Shown one piece after another: positions 19,468 through 29,566 of a stretch of 64,000 nucleotides of DNA. Within the stretch, counting starts at the first letter, position 1, and each line of letters starts with the position of its first letter. Both the position numbers and the translations under genes were made by a program. The notes below the pieces were generated by a model. The model had not been told where the DNA came from, ran no database searches, and saw nothing but the letters and a program-made list of their open reading frames with translations. The stretch is from a virus. Its lineage: Duplodnaviria; Caudoviricetes. The stretch lies in the IMG/VR virus record IMGVR_UViG_3300033066_000778, positions 64,001 to 128,000 of that record, one strand, 5' to 3'.

Positions 19468-22400
19468 TTAATCAATCGTCTTATTTACTTCTTCGACAAT
19501 AGTTCCTTCTATTGTTTCTGTATTGTTATAAGCTTTCTGTAGAAATTCTTCTGCTTCAGTCAAGTAATAATCAGGTGACTTGGACTCTGGGTCGATGATC
19601 TCAAAAACGTTTTCAATCTTCTTACTCCAAGACTCTTGTGGCGTATACTCATCAATATACCTGTCTTTGTAGTTATCCCTGTACGCAATTACCTCAGCCA
19701 TTTCCTTCTTATTGAATCCATTTAAAACGTTCTCGATAAGGTCACCAGGGCGGACATTGGGGTAAAGTTCCTGAAGTTCTTCCTGTTTTTGCCTGAACTC
19801 TTCAAGAAGCTCAGAATTAGGATCCAACGGGTCATCTACCTTAGCTTCCCCATAACCAAATGTTCTTAGACCGAACTTAAGACTATCGGCAGTAACATGT
19901 TTATTAGGTTTCTTAGCCTTAATACCATCAGCGGTTTTAACCTTACCTTTATCTCCACCGTCTGCAACAGCTAGTTCTTTTTCCTTCTCGAATTCCATGT
20001 TTAGAACTGGATCAGGTGTACAGAGTTTTGCTCTTGTTTCGGCAGGAAGAGGGAAGATTTCGTCAAGGAGGTAATCGCCCCAAACCCAACGGTTCCATCC
20101 AAGAGTATTAGCAACACCAGCTAGGATCTCTAGGATTTGAGACTTACGGAGAAGAACATCTTCTCTTTGTCTTTCAGCTGTTTCCGAGATCGTTCCTAGT
20201 TGAACTTGGAAACGCTGTGGATCGAGGAATTCACCATGTACAATTGACCAGTGTAATTGACAAAGCTTTACGACACCTTCTCTAAAAGCTTCTTGTAACT
20301 TTTGAATCTTCTTACTAAAACGAACATCCTGTAACATTAGAGATTCTTTTGAGTTCCACCCACCAGTTTGAACACCTTCTAAGTATTCTTTTGGAATACC
20401 TAGTCCGGTTCGAATCTTATCCTTGAGTTGTTCATAGTCTTCAAGAGGTCCGATGTTTGGACTGTTTTGAAGAGGTTCTACCTTAGAGAGCGATCCAGCC
20501 CTAACCGGCCAAATAATGTCTTGTAAGAACATCGCGGGGTCAAAGTCTACTTTAAACTCATTAGTCTTAGGATCAGTAAAGTAATTCTTGTTCTTTAGGA
20601 ACTTCTTGTAATCCGCTACGAGCTGATGCGTTTCTTCAACCGATGCCTGACCTACGTCAACATAGAAAATGTTACGTTGGACCGTCCTGGCAATACGGTA
20701 TAGGATAATCATCGTGTTACCAGTCCAGGCCGATTTTCCATTCCTACGAACGTAAACGATGGTATTAGGAACTTTTACACAATAAACCATACCGTTGTAA
20801 GAAACTTTTTCGGCAGCAAAACTATTAGCCTTGGAGTATTTAATACTTACGAGATAAGACTCCTTACATGTCATTATACGTGTTTGTCCTTTTTTATTTA
20901 CGTATTCCTTACTGTAAGCTTTTCTTGTATTTACTGAAGCGGACCATCCTAGCTTCTGGGCTATCTCAACAAACTGTCCAGCCATCCTCTTGCTAACAGT
21001 AGAGATATTAACTGATTTCTCTCTAGCACAATTTTTATATTTTCTGAAATGCCCATCACCAAGAACAAAATGATCAAAGAAAATAGTGAGTTGCTCTTTT
21101 GTCGCATCCATAATTTCATCTGGAATGAACTTATCAGCTGCTTTTCCAAACTGCATAAAGTAAGGTACAACAGCCCCCCAGTTCAGATGAAAAGCATGAC
21201 CGTCATGGCTAACATCTTCGCCATTATTAATAGCATTAAGTGTAGCCTTAAATGTTTCGTAACCTTTAGAGTCTACCTGCTGGGCGATACGGAGTCCACT
21301 TGAACGTCCTTTTTTACGTGATCCATTGTTTATACAACCTTCTGAAAGGTACATTCCCATAAGCGCGCAGAAATTATCACCGCTTATCCTCCGTTCAGGT
21401 GCTCCCTTTGTCTGGAATGACATAGTCTTTCCATCACGAACGGAAACTACATCGTTTGGAATATTAGGAAATACTTTTTCTCCGATAGGAGTCCCAGTCC
21501 ATTCAGACGTAGTAGGGATTCCTACAGCGCGGCTTGTATTGCCAAGAAGTTCTTCAGCCCTAACAACGTACTCCCCGTTTGCTTGTGGCTCTATGGGGCC
21601 TACTGTGGCACATGCGGGTTTACTATTTAGCAGAATCCTGTGATTAGGCGTAACCAGTAGGTCAACAGACTTACTAGAGAGCTTAATCATATCGCCATCA
21701 TGGGGCCTGGCAACAATTTCTGTTGGTACTTGCCATTCAAATTGTTTAGTATCTGGATTTCGTGTGGCTACTTCCGTGCCTTCTTGGAGATCTTTGAAGT
21801 ATATCCATCCATCTTTTGTTAGAATCTCTGTTTCTTCGTCAAGGCACTCTAACATACTAAACGATTTCCATGCTTTACGGACATTATCAAGCATTGACTT
21901 CCCGTAAACAGATTCCTGGTCATAGGCAAGAAGTCTAAAGTGGATGAACTCCCAAGGTTTAAAGATTCCCTTATTATCAGTCGGGAGCAAACTTGCTAGT
22001 TCAGGTGCCTTAAATCCTAATAGTGAAGTAGTTTGAATACGTTCAACCCTAGCAGGATGAATGAACTGTGTATCATGGACTCCGTAAGCACCTAAGAGAA
22101 GATAGAGGGGAACGTCACCGTATTTGGCTAAATTACGGTAAACACCGTAAGCTTTAGTTTCAAGCTTGATCCTTTGGATCATTGCGTTTAGTTCGCTAGC
22201 TACAACATCTTCAGGAGAGTCAATCCAAACACGTAATCCTGTTTTACTATCTTTCTGGGCTGCTTCTTCGGCGTAGATATCGAGAGCAACACCGCATTCA
22301 GTTGAAGCAACGTCCATTCGGTCAAAGTCTCTATACTTGGAAATACGATCCTGCGAAAGCTCGATACTTCCTACATAGAGTTTACTCAGACGTTCTTCAA

Positions 22401-22545
22401 ACGTTGCTCCCGGTACGTACTTAGATTCATCAGGAGTTTGACCTTTTAGATAGCTAACCTGCTTATCAGAAAGGCCAAACAGTACCTGAAACGATTTGAT
22501 AATCGGGGTTAAAACCTGTTGTACTGGTTTGTTAAAATCGTCCAT
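19468..22545 (-). CDS. Portal protein (T4 gp20-like) with intein
   Basis: YGKSML, exteins rejoin as MLE/TMIILYRIART.QRNIFYVDVG, QDVRFSK.I..LQ. Confidence 0.92.
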   Translation of the reverse strand: MDDFNKPVQQVLTPIIKSFQVLFGLSDKQVSYLKGQTPDESKYVPGATFEERLSKLYVGSIELSQDRISKYRDFDRMDVASTECGVALDIYAEEAAQKDSKTGLRVWIDSPEDVVASELNAMIQRIKLETKAYGVYRNLAKYGDVPLYLLLGAYGVHDTQFIHPARVERIQTTSLLGFKAPELASLLPTDNKGIFKPWEFIHFRLLAYDQESVYGKSMLDNVRKAWKSFSMLECLDEETEILTKDGWIYFKDLQEGTEVATRNPDTKQFEWQVPTEIVARPHDGDMIKLSSKSVDLLVTPNHRILLNSKPACATVGPIEPQANGEYVVRAEELLGNTSRAVGIPTTSEWTGTPIGEKVFPNIPNDVVSVRDGKTMSFQTKGAPERRISGDNFCALMGMYLSEGCINNGSRKKGRSSGLRIAQQVDSKGYETFKATLNAINNGEDVSHDGHAFHLNWGAVVPYFMQFGKAADKFIPDEIMDATKEQLTIFFDHFVLGDGHFRKYKNCAREKSVNISTVSKRMAGQFVEIAQKLGWSASVNTRKAYSKEYVNKKGQTRIMTCKESYLVSIKYSKANSFAAEKVSYNGMVYCVKVPNTIVYVRRNGKSAWTGNTMIILYRIARTVQRNIFYVDVGQASVEETHQLVADYKKFLKNKNYFTDPKTNEFKVDFDPAMFLQDIIWPVRAGSLSKVEPLQNSPNIGPLEDYEQLKDKIRTGLGIPKEYLEGVQTGGWNSKESLMLQDVRFSKKIQKLQEAFREGVVKLCQLHWSIVHGEFLDPQRFQVQLGTISETAERQREDVLLRKSQILEILAGVANTLGWNRWVWGDYLLDEIFPLPAETRAKLCTPDPVLNMEFEKEKELAVADGGDKGKVKTADGIKAKKPNKHVTADSLKFGLRTFGYGEAKVDDPLDPNSELLEEFRQKQEELQELYPNVRPGDLIENVLNGFNKKEMAEVIAYRDNYKDRYIDEYTPQESWSKKIENVFEIIDPESKSPDYYLTEAEEFLQKAYNNTETIEGTIVEEVNKTID
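20716..21846 (-). mobile_element. Intein with LAGLIDADG-type endonuclease in portal
   Basis: CLDEETEILT...VTPNH...VYVRRNGKSAWTGN/T; MGMYLSEG and FVLGDG. Confidence 0.9.
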
Positions 22546-22554
22546 ATAAATCCT

Positions 22555-25500
22555 TTAGGGCTTAATTGAGAATGGATTCAATTTATCAATATGTTCATTG
22601 AGGAGTTTAGTCTCTTCGTGTTCAGACGCGAAGTAACTATTTAGATCATCTTGTTTGTAAAGTGAATTTATGATTTTACTTGCAATATCAAGGTTTGCAG
22701 TATTAGGATGTTTTTTATTATCTGTTAGCATCGAATAAGAATTTGCTATTACTCCAGTTACCGCATCGGATATGTCTTTGCTTCCGGCACCCCCTGTAAA
22801 GTTTCTTACAGGGTGATCTACTTTAGCTTTCGCACCGGAATAATCATGAATAAGATTTAGTAATTCCATCTCTAAGATCTTGTTATATGGACACTTAACG
22901 TTATTCTTGTGTACAGCATCTCTGAATAAGACATAGGGAATATCGGTTCTATCCACCGATAGATTATCAACAGTAAAGTTGTCTTTAATCAACATCTGCA
23001 TTGGACCAGTAGAGAAGGCTTGGTCAAACGTAATAAGATGTATTTTAAACTTCATCTTCCGTAAGAAGCTAAAAAACTGCTGGATCTTTTCGTAGTCGAT
23101 CTGATCTCCTTGAGGAGCCTTGATTGCTATAGCAAAGTCAATGAAAAACTCTGGTGAATAGGAACTTATGATTTTATTTCCTAGTACGTTTGATCCGACA
23201 TTCTGCTTAATGTAAGCAACGCCACCCATTGCTATACCAGTACTATCACCACTTTTAGATAAGTCTACATGGATAGTTCTTAGCATATCTGGGTGGTACT
23301 TTGGTATTACTGCGAAACCAGCATCGAAAAAGAAATTGTTTTGTAGTACGTAACTGGAAATGCTTCTGTTTGTCCTAAGTCCAATTTCAATTTGATCCTC
23401 AAGGAATGGAGAATACCGTTCTCTATCCCAAAGGTTCTTAAGAAGCGTTGGATCATCAAACAACAGACTAGTTGGTGATGAAGAGATACCCGCAAGTTCT
23501 CTAAGGGCCGCATTTACATCGTGTTCAAAGTGACGACGGGTACTTTCTGGAACTTCAAGAATGTTAGGGCTACCTTCTGGGAAATCTTTCTCATCCTCTT
23601 CAGTAAGTATTCTGGATGATCTGGCAGAAGATCCAATGAATACCTTGAACGTCTTTCTGTTCATATCAAAGAAGTTATCCGGCTTAACGTCCCACTGAGA
23701 GTAAGAGGAGATGAAGGCATGACGATCTTGTCTAGCCACCCAACTACCTGTACGGTTAGAAAGCTGTCCATCCAAGGCTGCGATACGTGCTTCAAGGAAG
23801 TCTGACGATGTCTTTCTTGAAGAGATAACACAAAGTAACCCTGGCGTATAGGAGAGACGTTCGAAACGTGACGTGATACGATAACGAACTTGTTTGTATA
23901 GGTTTTCGGCTGAGTTCTCATCTTCGCCAGACTTAATCGTACGCTTACCTCGGAAATTCATTTCGTCCAAAATAGCCGAAACTACAGCGTAAGAAAGGGC
24001 GTGAGAGACTTTTGAACCAACTAGAATCTGTAAGCCTTGAGGTAGGATGATCTCATAGTCAGTCATATCTCGCATGTTACCAGAAGCAGCGTTATTCATT
24101 GCCTTTCTTATCTTGCGAGACTTCTTGATAGGAAATACGTTTTTGAAGTAAGGGCTTTCATTGATAATAGTCTTGAAGTCATCAGAGATAGCACCTTCAG
24201 CCTTATCAATAGAAAGAGAAAAAAGACCGAATGAGATCTTAGTAGCAGAGTCCAATGTGAAATACGCTTGAATATTACGAAGACAAGTAAGTACATGGAG
24301 CTTATACAATTGTGAAATAATAGCAATACGTGTATTATGAGATATAAACCCATTTGAAATATAGGAAGGGTCATCTTTTACTGTTAGATCATAGCAGTGT
24401 CCACGGCTAGTTTCTTTCGTAACTACAGTATCAAAGGTATACCGTTCTTTATAAATCTTCTTTAGTATCTCTGGAAGGTATTGTTCACCATATATTTCTA
24501 CTATTTTATCAAGAGCTTTATACGTGAATGCCTGTTTTCCTTTTGTTTTGACACAAACAAACATATCACGATTTTCTTTTAGCCCCAGTCCTTTACCACG
24601 GACTGCGTCTCTTACTTGGGAAACAATTTGCCAATCAATTGGGATTACTTCGTTGTCATTATGCCGCCAGGTAGTTGCTTCTCGTTCTAGTAATGCCTTT
24701 AACCGTTCAGCTTTCTTTGGATGTCTAAATCCTACCTCTTTTGCAAAGATCTCTTTAGACTCTCTACCAATTAACCGTACTGTCCAAGCACCTCTATACT
24801 TGTTACTCTTAAACTTTCTGGACGAGCGAATCCCAAAGTTAAGAAACAATAATTGAACTTGTTCCGCTAAATCCTTTGAACAAGTAGTAAATTCAATAGC
24901 ATTTCCTCGTTCATATACAGTTCCATCAGTATCAAATAAACCTCGGAGAAAGGCTCCTACAACCTCTTTAGTTCCCATACGAATAGCAATAGGTACTTTC
25001 TTCTCCCAAGATCTTCCTGATAGTCCAAGCTCTTTCCATTCCGCTATTAGTTTGGTTCCATTGAAGCTAACGCGGTGTACTATTTGTTTCGTATCTGCTC
25101 TCTGATACTTATGTGCATACATTTTAAGAGAGAGTCGTTCACCAAGAGTTATTACATGGCTTTGATATTTTTGTTCATCTTCGGCTGGTCCAAATGTTAG
25201 TTCAACTGTTGCTTCTTTTATACATCCATCACCAATAATAGCTCCCCAAAGTTCAGCTTGTTCTAACGAAATATTATAAGGGTTTTTACCCCATACATTA
25301 TTTTTGTAAGAAAGCAAAACTACATCATCTATTTCGATCTTTTCTGTTTCTTTCCATAAAATTTCTGTTCCATTAAATACTCTTAGTCTATGATTAGGTC
25401 GAGCCTCGATTTCATGTCCTAAAGATGTAAATAACTTAAATGTATCTGTCTCCCCTTCATCATGGAACTCTTCTACCTGCTTCAATCCAGACTCGGCAAG

Positions 25501-26046
25501 GACGGCATTTATTTCATTGCGCTTAGCATAAACTTCGTCAATACGTAAAACGCCTAAGTCCGTTAGAATGAATGAATTACAAGTACATTTCCCAACGCCA
25601 ATTCCTCCGCTCAAAACCCATTCGTGTATCTCATTCTTAGGGTCTAATACAAAGATAAGATCCTTTCTCCATGGAGCATAAATCCTAGTAGACATCTCTT
25701 CGCCTAGGTATTTAGGATCATTTACGAATTCTTCTGGCGTTGCAGGAGTACGAAACCAATCGGCTTCTCTTAATGCTTTGATAGCTTGAAGTTCATTGGT
25801 TCCTGAGATCGTTGCTTCTACTATTGTATTAGTAATGATCCCACGTTCTGCTGGAGTGAAAGCTTCCCAGTCAATTTCTCCTTTAGCACAACGGTCAACG
25901 AAAGCTTTCGCTGCATTTGGATTCCGTCTAAGAAGAATTTCAACTTCTGTTTTTTCAAGTTCCGGTAAAAAGAATGGGAATTTTTCTAGGTCAACCTGTT
26001 GGTCATCCTCTAGATTACTCTTCGTTGTCATCATTTGACGCTTCAC
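22555..26046 (-). CDS. Terminase large subunit with intein
   Basis: Walker A GGIGVGK/T, ILDE, HVDLS..GD, DHP...SKDISDA. Confidence 0.92.
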   Translation of the reverse strand: MKRQMMTTKSNLEDDQQVDLEKFPFFLPELEKTEVEILLRRNPNAAKAFVDRCAKGEIDWEAFTPAERGIITNTIVEATISGTNELQAIKALREADWFRTPATPEEFVNDPKYLGEEMSTRIYAPWRKDLIFVLDPKNEIHEWVLSGGIGVGKCTCNSFILTDLGVLRIDEVYAKRNEINAVLAESGLKQVEEFHDEGETDTFKLFTSLGHEIEARPNHRLRVFNGTEILWKETEKIEIDDVVLLSYKNNVWGKNPYNISLEQAELWGAIIGDGCIKEATVELTFGPAEDEQKYQSHVITLGERLSLKMYAHKYQRADTKQIVHRVSFNGTKLIAEWKELGLSGRSWEKKVPIAIRMGTKEVVGAFLRGLFDTDGTVYERGNAIEFTTCSKDLAEQVQLLFLNFGIRSSRKFKSNKYRGAWTVRLIGRESKEIFAKEVGFRHPKKAERLKALLEREATTWRHNDNEVIPIDWQIVSQVRDAVRGKGLGLKENRDMFVCVKTKGKQAFTYKALDKIVEIYGEQYLPEILKKIYKERYTFDTVVTKETSRGHCYDLTVKDDPSYISNGFISHNTRIAIISQLYKLHVLTCLRNIQAYFTLDSATKISFGLFSLSIDKAEGAISDDFKTIINESPYFKNVFPIKKSRKIRKAMNNAASGNMRDMTDYEIILPQGLQILVGSKVSHALSYAVVSAILDEMNFRGKRTIKSGEDENSAENLYKQVRYRITSRFERLSYTPGLLCVISSRKTSSDFLEARIAALDGQLSNRTGSWVARQDRHAFISSYSQWDVKPDNFFDMNRKTFKVFIGSSARSSRILTEEDEKDFPEGSPNILEVPESTRRHFEHDVNAALRELAGISSSPTSLLFDDPTLLKNLWDRERYSPFLEDQIEIGLRTNRSISSYVLQNNFFFDAGFAVIPKYHPDMLRTIHVDLSKSGDSTGIAMGGVAYIKQNVGSNVLGNKIISSYSPEFFIDFAIAIKAPQGDQIDYEKIQQFFSFLRKMKFKIHLITFDQAFSTGPMQMLIKDNFTVDNLSVDRTDIPYVLFRDAVHKNNVKCPYNKILEMELLNLIHDYSGAKAKVDHPVRNFTGGAGSKDISDAVTGVIANSYSMLTDNKKHPNTANLDIASKIINSLYKQDDLNSYFASEHEETKLLNEHIDKLNPFSIKP
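24334..25587 (-). mobile_element. Intein with LAGLIDADG endonuclease in terminase P-loop
   Basis: GK/CTCNSFILTD...ARPNH...GAIIGDG...LRGLFDTDG...YISNGFISHN/T. Confidence 0.92.
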
Positions 26047-26581
26047 CTAATAGATTTTCGCTTTCCTCAACGTCAGAGATAATACTGGTAAGGATACCTA
26101 GCATCTTTTGTCGTTTATCTGACGGCATCTGTTTAACTGAATTGTACACTTCTTTTTGTACTTTGAACTCCGATACAGATTGAATTGTCTTTTGAACTGT
26201 TTCAAAGATATCGAATCCGTATAACTGTGCTTCTAAACGTTTAAGCTTCTTTTCATTAGACTCTGCAAATGTTTTCAAAGCATTCATCTGCTGATTCGTA
26301 GTCATAAAGGGATAATTCTGTTTGAGCATTCGGCGCATCTCATTTTCAAACTCTACGTCTGAAGCGATTGCTGTTATACTCTTCCTTTGCATCTCTACAT
26401 AAATAGCTTGCATTTTGATTCTGAGATCTTCAGAACGTTCGATGAAATACTGTTTAATACTTGGATCAAGTGTATCTTGTGAATTGAGCCACTCTAGGAG
26501 TTTCTCCCATACAAGATTTGCTACTTCATCTTGCGATAGCTCTTCATCTGTATGTATAGTTGAATCTTCAATGTATGTCAT
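26015..26581 (-). CDS. Possible terminase small subunit
   Basis: Helical protein directly upstream of TerL; positional only. Confidence 0.45.
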   Translation of the reverse strand: MTYIEDSTIHTDEELSQDEVANLVWEKLLEWLNSQDTLDPSIKQYFIERSEDLRIKMQAIYVEMQRKSITAIASDVEFENEMRRMLKQNYPFMTTNQQMNALKTFAESNEKKLKRLEAQLYGFDIFETVQKTIQSVSEFKVQKEVYNSVKQMPSDKRQKMLGILTSIISDVEESENLLGEASNDDNEE

Positions 26582-26611
26582 GTTCTATATCTCGAATATA
26601 AAAGATGTGTT

Positions 26612-26640
26612 AATATAATCCCTTGAAGTATCAATGTCAA
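26612..26640 (-). promoter_or_regulatory. Sigma70-type promoter TTGACA-N17-TATATT
   Basis: Upstream of 26581 and the terminase/portal operon. Confidence 0.75.
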
Positions 26641-26657
26641 ATTTACTGCCAAAACGC

Positions 26658-26684
26658 AAAAAAGGGAGCCAAACGGCTCCCTTT
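26658..26684 (-). terminator. Intrinsic terminator
   Basis: GGGAGCC/GGCTCCC stem with T-run on - strand. Confidence 0.8.
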
Positions 26685-26706
26685 AGGTCTATGTAGTCTT
26701 TTATTT

Positions 26707-26932
26707 TTATGCTTTTATACTTAGTAGTTCTCTAAGGGCTAGATTTTCCTCATGAAGAGCTTTTACAGCGTTAAACAGTAAGATATCTTTTTGTTTGAGT
26801 TCGGCAATTTCTTTCGAGGTTTCTTTTATACGTAAGTAAAGACTCCTGTACTTCAGACGATGCTTTAAATGCTTCGTAACTAGCTGAAACTTGTTTTTCT
26901 AGTGTACTAATCCTACTAGACGTATCAAACAT
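26707..26932 (-). pseudogene. Coiled-coil gene broken by 4-bp duplication
   Basis: GTAAGTAA at 26832-26839; removing one copy gives a continuous 73-aa ORF. Confidence 0.6.
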
Positions 26933-27400
26933 TATGCTGTCTTACTTCCCTTTACCTTATTGCCTGTTACCATATCTGGAGTAACATCCCATTTATATGA
27001 AGCATCTTTTTCACTAGAGCCTCGATATGTACTGACGTTATTAGAAAGAGAAACGAACGCGGCGTTTACTCCAATAGAGTCAGCCGAGTAGTTAGCGACG
27101 CCTCTAAGGCTAATGCCAATACTACCCGCTTCAGCAAAGGAATCCTGGTTCGCACCGAGGAAGACAAACTGCCAATTATAGTTCTTCTCTTGATGTTCGA
27201 TCATTTCCTTGATCTTATCTTTAGAGAACTCTGTACTGGAGTTTTCCTGTCCATCAGTAATGATAATAACCATTACTTTCGACGGACGATCTTCTTCCTT
27301 GGTGTTACTAAGGCGGGTTCCTGTCCAACTGATAGCCTTGCCAACTGCGTCGAGTAGAGCCGTAGATCCTCTAGGGACATAGGTTCTCTCGTTGAGAGTA
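26932..27400 (-). pseudogene. N-terminally truncated vWA-domain gene
   Basis: Frame reads YVPRGSTALLDAVG...VIIITDGQENSS, but DxSxS half is missing; TAG upstream. Confidence 0.7.
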
Positions 27401-27748
27401 CTCCTTATATCTATTCCGTAGTTCTGTCTCTAAACAAGAAACGATACCGTAGTGCTTAACTCTGTATACATAGTCAAGAAATTCTGAATCTGTAAGTTTT
27501 CCTTTTGCTGGACCTCCCGCTTTTCTAAGTTCAGAAAGAAGAGCGTTCTTTATATGTTGTGTATCCATAAGGCGTATTGGAGTAATTCCTTTAGACTCGG
27601 AAAAGTATACTTTTTCTTCGCCAAGGCTATTTATAGCATTAACAACATCGTCAGGATGCCCTGTAAGCGTTAGGCCATTAGAAAGAACGTAGTTTACATT
27701 GGTTCCAATATATGGAATATTTTCAGTAAGTTTCTTCGTCGCTCGCAT
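27371..27748 (-). CDS. Hypothetical protein
   Basis: MDTQHIKNAL motif; tail overlaps the vWA remnant. Confidence 0.65.
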   Translation of the reverse strand: MRATKKLTENIPYIGTNVNYVLSNGLTLTGHPDDVVNAINSLGEEKVYFSESKGITPIRLMDTQHIKNALLSELRKAGGPAKGKLTDSEFLDYVYRVKHYGIVSCLETELRNRYKEYSQRENLCP

Positions 27749-28028
27749 GTTTCTCTATACTCCTCATTAGCCCTTCCATAGCTTTCGTATGACACAGACC
27801 ACCACGATAAGATCCACTAATTTCACACCAGTCCACAATTGCACCAGCTTCATTAGATGGAAAAATATATGTTTCTGGACCAGTATACGGAGCTACTACG
27901 GCTGAAACAATAACAAAATTTGTTTTCTCATCCTCGTCATTATTGCCTCTGTAAGTAATTGCTTCATCTAGTTCATACAGGACAGCTTTACCGCGCATAC
28001 CTTCGATTGCTCTTATACGCTTATACAT
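27723..28028 (-). CDS. Hypothetical phage protein
   Basis: VIVSAV..PETYIFP...G.I.DW.E..GS. Confidence 0.75.
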   Translation of the reverse strand: MYKRIRAIEGMRGKAVLYELDEAITYRGNNDEDEKTNFVIVSAVVAPYTGPETYIFPSNEAGAIVDWCEISGSYRGGLCHTKAMEGLMRSIEKHASDEETY

Positions 28029-28029
28029 G

Positions 28030-28284
28030 TTACTCCCTTGCTAATGGTGCAGCCATATTGATTGCTTCGTGGATTGACGTAATAAAAACCTCAATAGCTT
28101 CTTTTCCATGTATTTTTTCGAGATTTAAAACGAATTCTATATTTACTTGAATAAGAGGATTTTTCTTACTCGCAGCTATCTTAAAAACGTGATTCCTTTT
28201 AGTTCCATCGGGCATTGGTTCCCATTCAGAAATACCATCAGGAAAATCTACTAAGAGTCTTTCTACTAGTTCTTCGTTTGTCAT
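28030..28284 (-). CDS. Hypothetical protein
   Basis: AGGAG RBS. Confidence 0.7.
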   Translation of the reverse strand: MTNEELVERLLVDFPDGISEWEPMPDGTKRNHVFKIAASKKNPLIQVNIEFVLNLEKIHGKEAIEVFITSIHEAINMAAPLARE

Positions 28285-28389
28285 GTTACTCCTTTTGAAC
28301 TTTCAATATTATGTACTATTTATTCTTCTTCTAACAGAGAATAATAGTCTGGGTGACAATGTTCGACAGTTTAAACGAAAGGTTTTTTT

Positions 28390-29013
28390 ATGACAGAAAT
28401 TACAGAAGAGTTTATTGCATCTCTTATAGGTCTTCCGTATAAAAGTAAAATATGCGTAACATGTAAGCAATGTAAAAAAGAAATTTACAGAACAAAACAT
28501 GCTATCCTTCGTCGTTACTGGGCAAAAGCTAAGTTGATCTTCTGTGGGGCGACTTGCTACGGGTTATTTAACGATAAACGTATTGTACGTACTTGCGTGA
28601 ACTGCCAGAACAAAACATTTACTCGTTTTTGCTCCCAGTCTTGTTCGGCTATATATAATAATATGCATAAGAAAACTGGGCATCGTCGCGCAAAGTTAGA
28701 AATCGCTATTGAAAAAAAACTTTTAGAAGCGGGCGTTACCTTTGTATGTAATGACCGAAAAACTGTTGGGTATGAACTTGATTTTTTCTTTCCTACCTTA
28801 CGTAAGGCAATTGAAATAAACGGTATTTATCATTACAAGCCAGTACATTCGGAGGCTAAATTCAAGCGTATACAAGAGATAGATAATGAAAAGATACAAC
28901 GCTGTGAGAAAGCTAATATTCAATTACTAGTAAAGCCAAATTTATATATTCGTTTTACTCCAGAAATAATAGAAAAAACTTGGACAGAGATAAAAGAATT
29001 CCTAGATAGATAA
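28390..29013 (+). CDS. Free-standing endonuclease (Zn fingers plus Vsr/DUF559-like PD-(D/E)xK domain)
   Basis: CKQC, FCSQSC; YELDFFFP...AIEINGIYHY...D..K. Confidence 0.8.
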   Translation: MTEITEEFIASLIGLPYKSKICVTCKQCKKEIYRTKHAILRRYWAKAKLIFCGATCYGLFNDKRIVRTCVNCQNKTFTRFCSQSCSAIYNNMHKKTGHRRAKLEIAIEKKLLEAGVTFVCNDRKTVGYELDFFFPTLRKAIEINGIYHYKPVHSEAKFKRIQEIDNEKIQRCEKANIQLLVKPNLYIRFTPEIIEKTWTEIKEFLDR

Positions 29014-29021
29014 AAACTTCC

Positions 29022-29084
29022 GTAAGCGGAATAGACTCTTTTAATTTCATGTGATTTTATTTTACTGTTATCTATTCCGCTTAC
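29022..29084. repeat. 14-bp perfect inverted repeat between endonuclease and tRNA cluster
   Basis: gtaagcggaataga / tctattccgcttac. Confidence 0.8.
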
Positions 29085-29098
29085 CACTCAATTAAAAT

Positions 29099-29183
29099 TG
29101 GTGGGACTGACGCGGTTCGAACGCGTACGACTTTCGTCACGATTTTTTGAGAATCGCGTGTATTCCGATTCCACCACAGTCCC
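29099..29183 (-). tRNA. tRNA-Leu(CAA)
   Basis: Cloverleaf, loop CT-CAA-AA, long variable arm, encoded CCA. Confidence 0.93.
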
Positions 29184-29184
29184 A

Positions 29185-29259
29185 TGGAGCGTGTAACAGG
29201 ATTTGAACCCGTAACCTACAGCTTGGAAGGCTGAGACTCTACCATTGAGTTATACACGC
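29185..29259 (-). tRNA. tRNA-Gly(TCC)
   Basis: Cloverleaf, loop CT-TCC-AA, CCA. Confidence 0.95.
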
Positions 29260-29466
29260 ATTATAGTTGAATGACGATCAGCTAGTACAATACCTGCAAG
29301 GGCGGAATGCCCCAGACGTATAATATTACGTTACCATGCTCAAACATCACTAACGAAACCAACTAATTCCGGCATAATTATATGCTTAGGCGGCATAGGA
29401 ATCACCCTACTTCGTCGTATCCGCCTCATGTACTATCCGGTGATTAACCGGCACGTATTAAGATAT

Positions 29467-29555
29467 TGGTAAGAGTGGGTGGGGTCGAACCACCATATAC
29501 CTTGTAAGGGCATCCAGCTTATAAGGCTGGGGCTATACCATTTAGCTACACTCTT
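29467..29555 (-). tRNA. tRNA with TAT anticodon (nominal Ile) and long variable arm
   Basis: AAGAGTG/CACTCTT-A-CCA; CCAGC CT-TAT-AA GCTGG; about 19-nt variable region. Confidence 0.88.
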
Positions 29556-29566
29556 ATAATTGAAAA

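Noticed and set aside
29260-29466. Theta (HDV-like) ribozyme after tRNA
   Set aside because: Sequence after the CCA is AT-rich and I could not build the nested pseudoknot.
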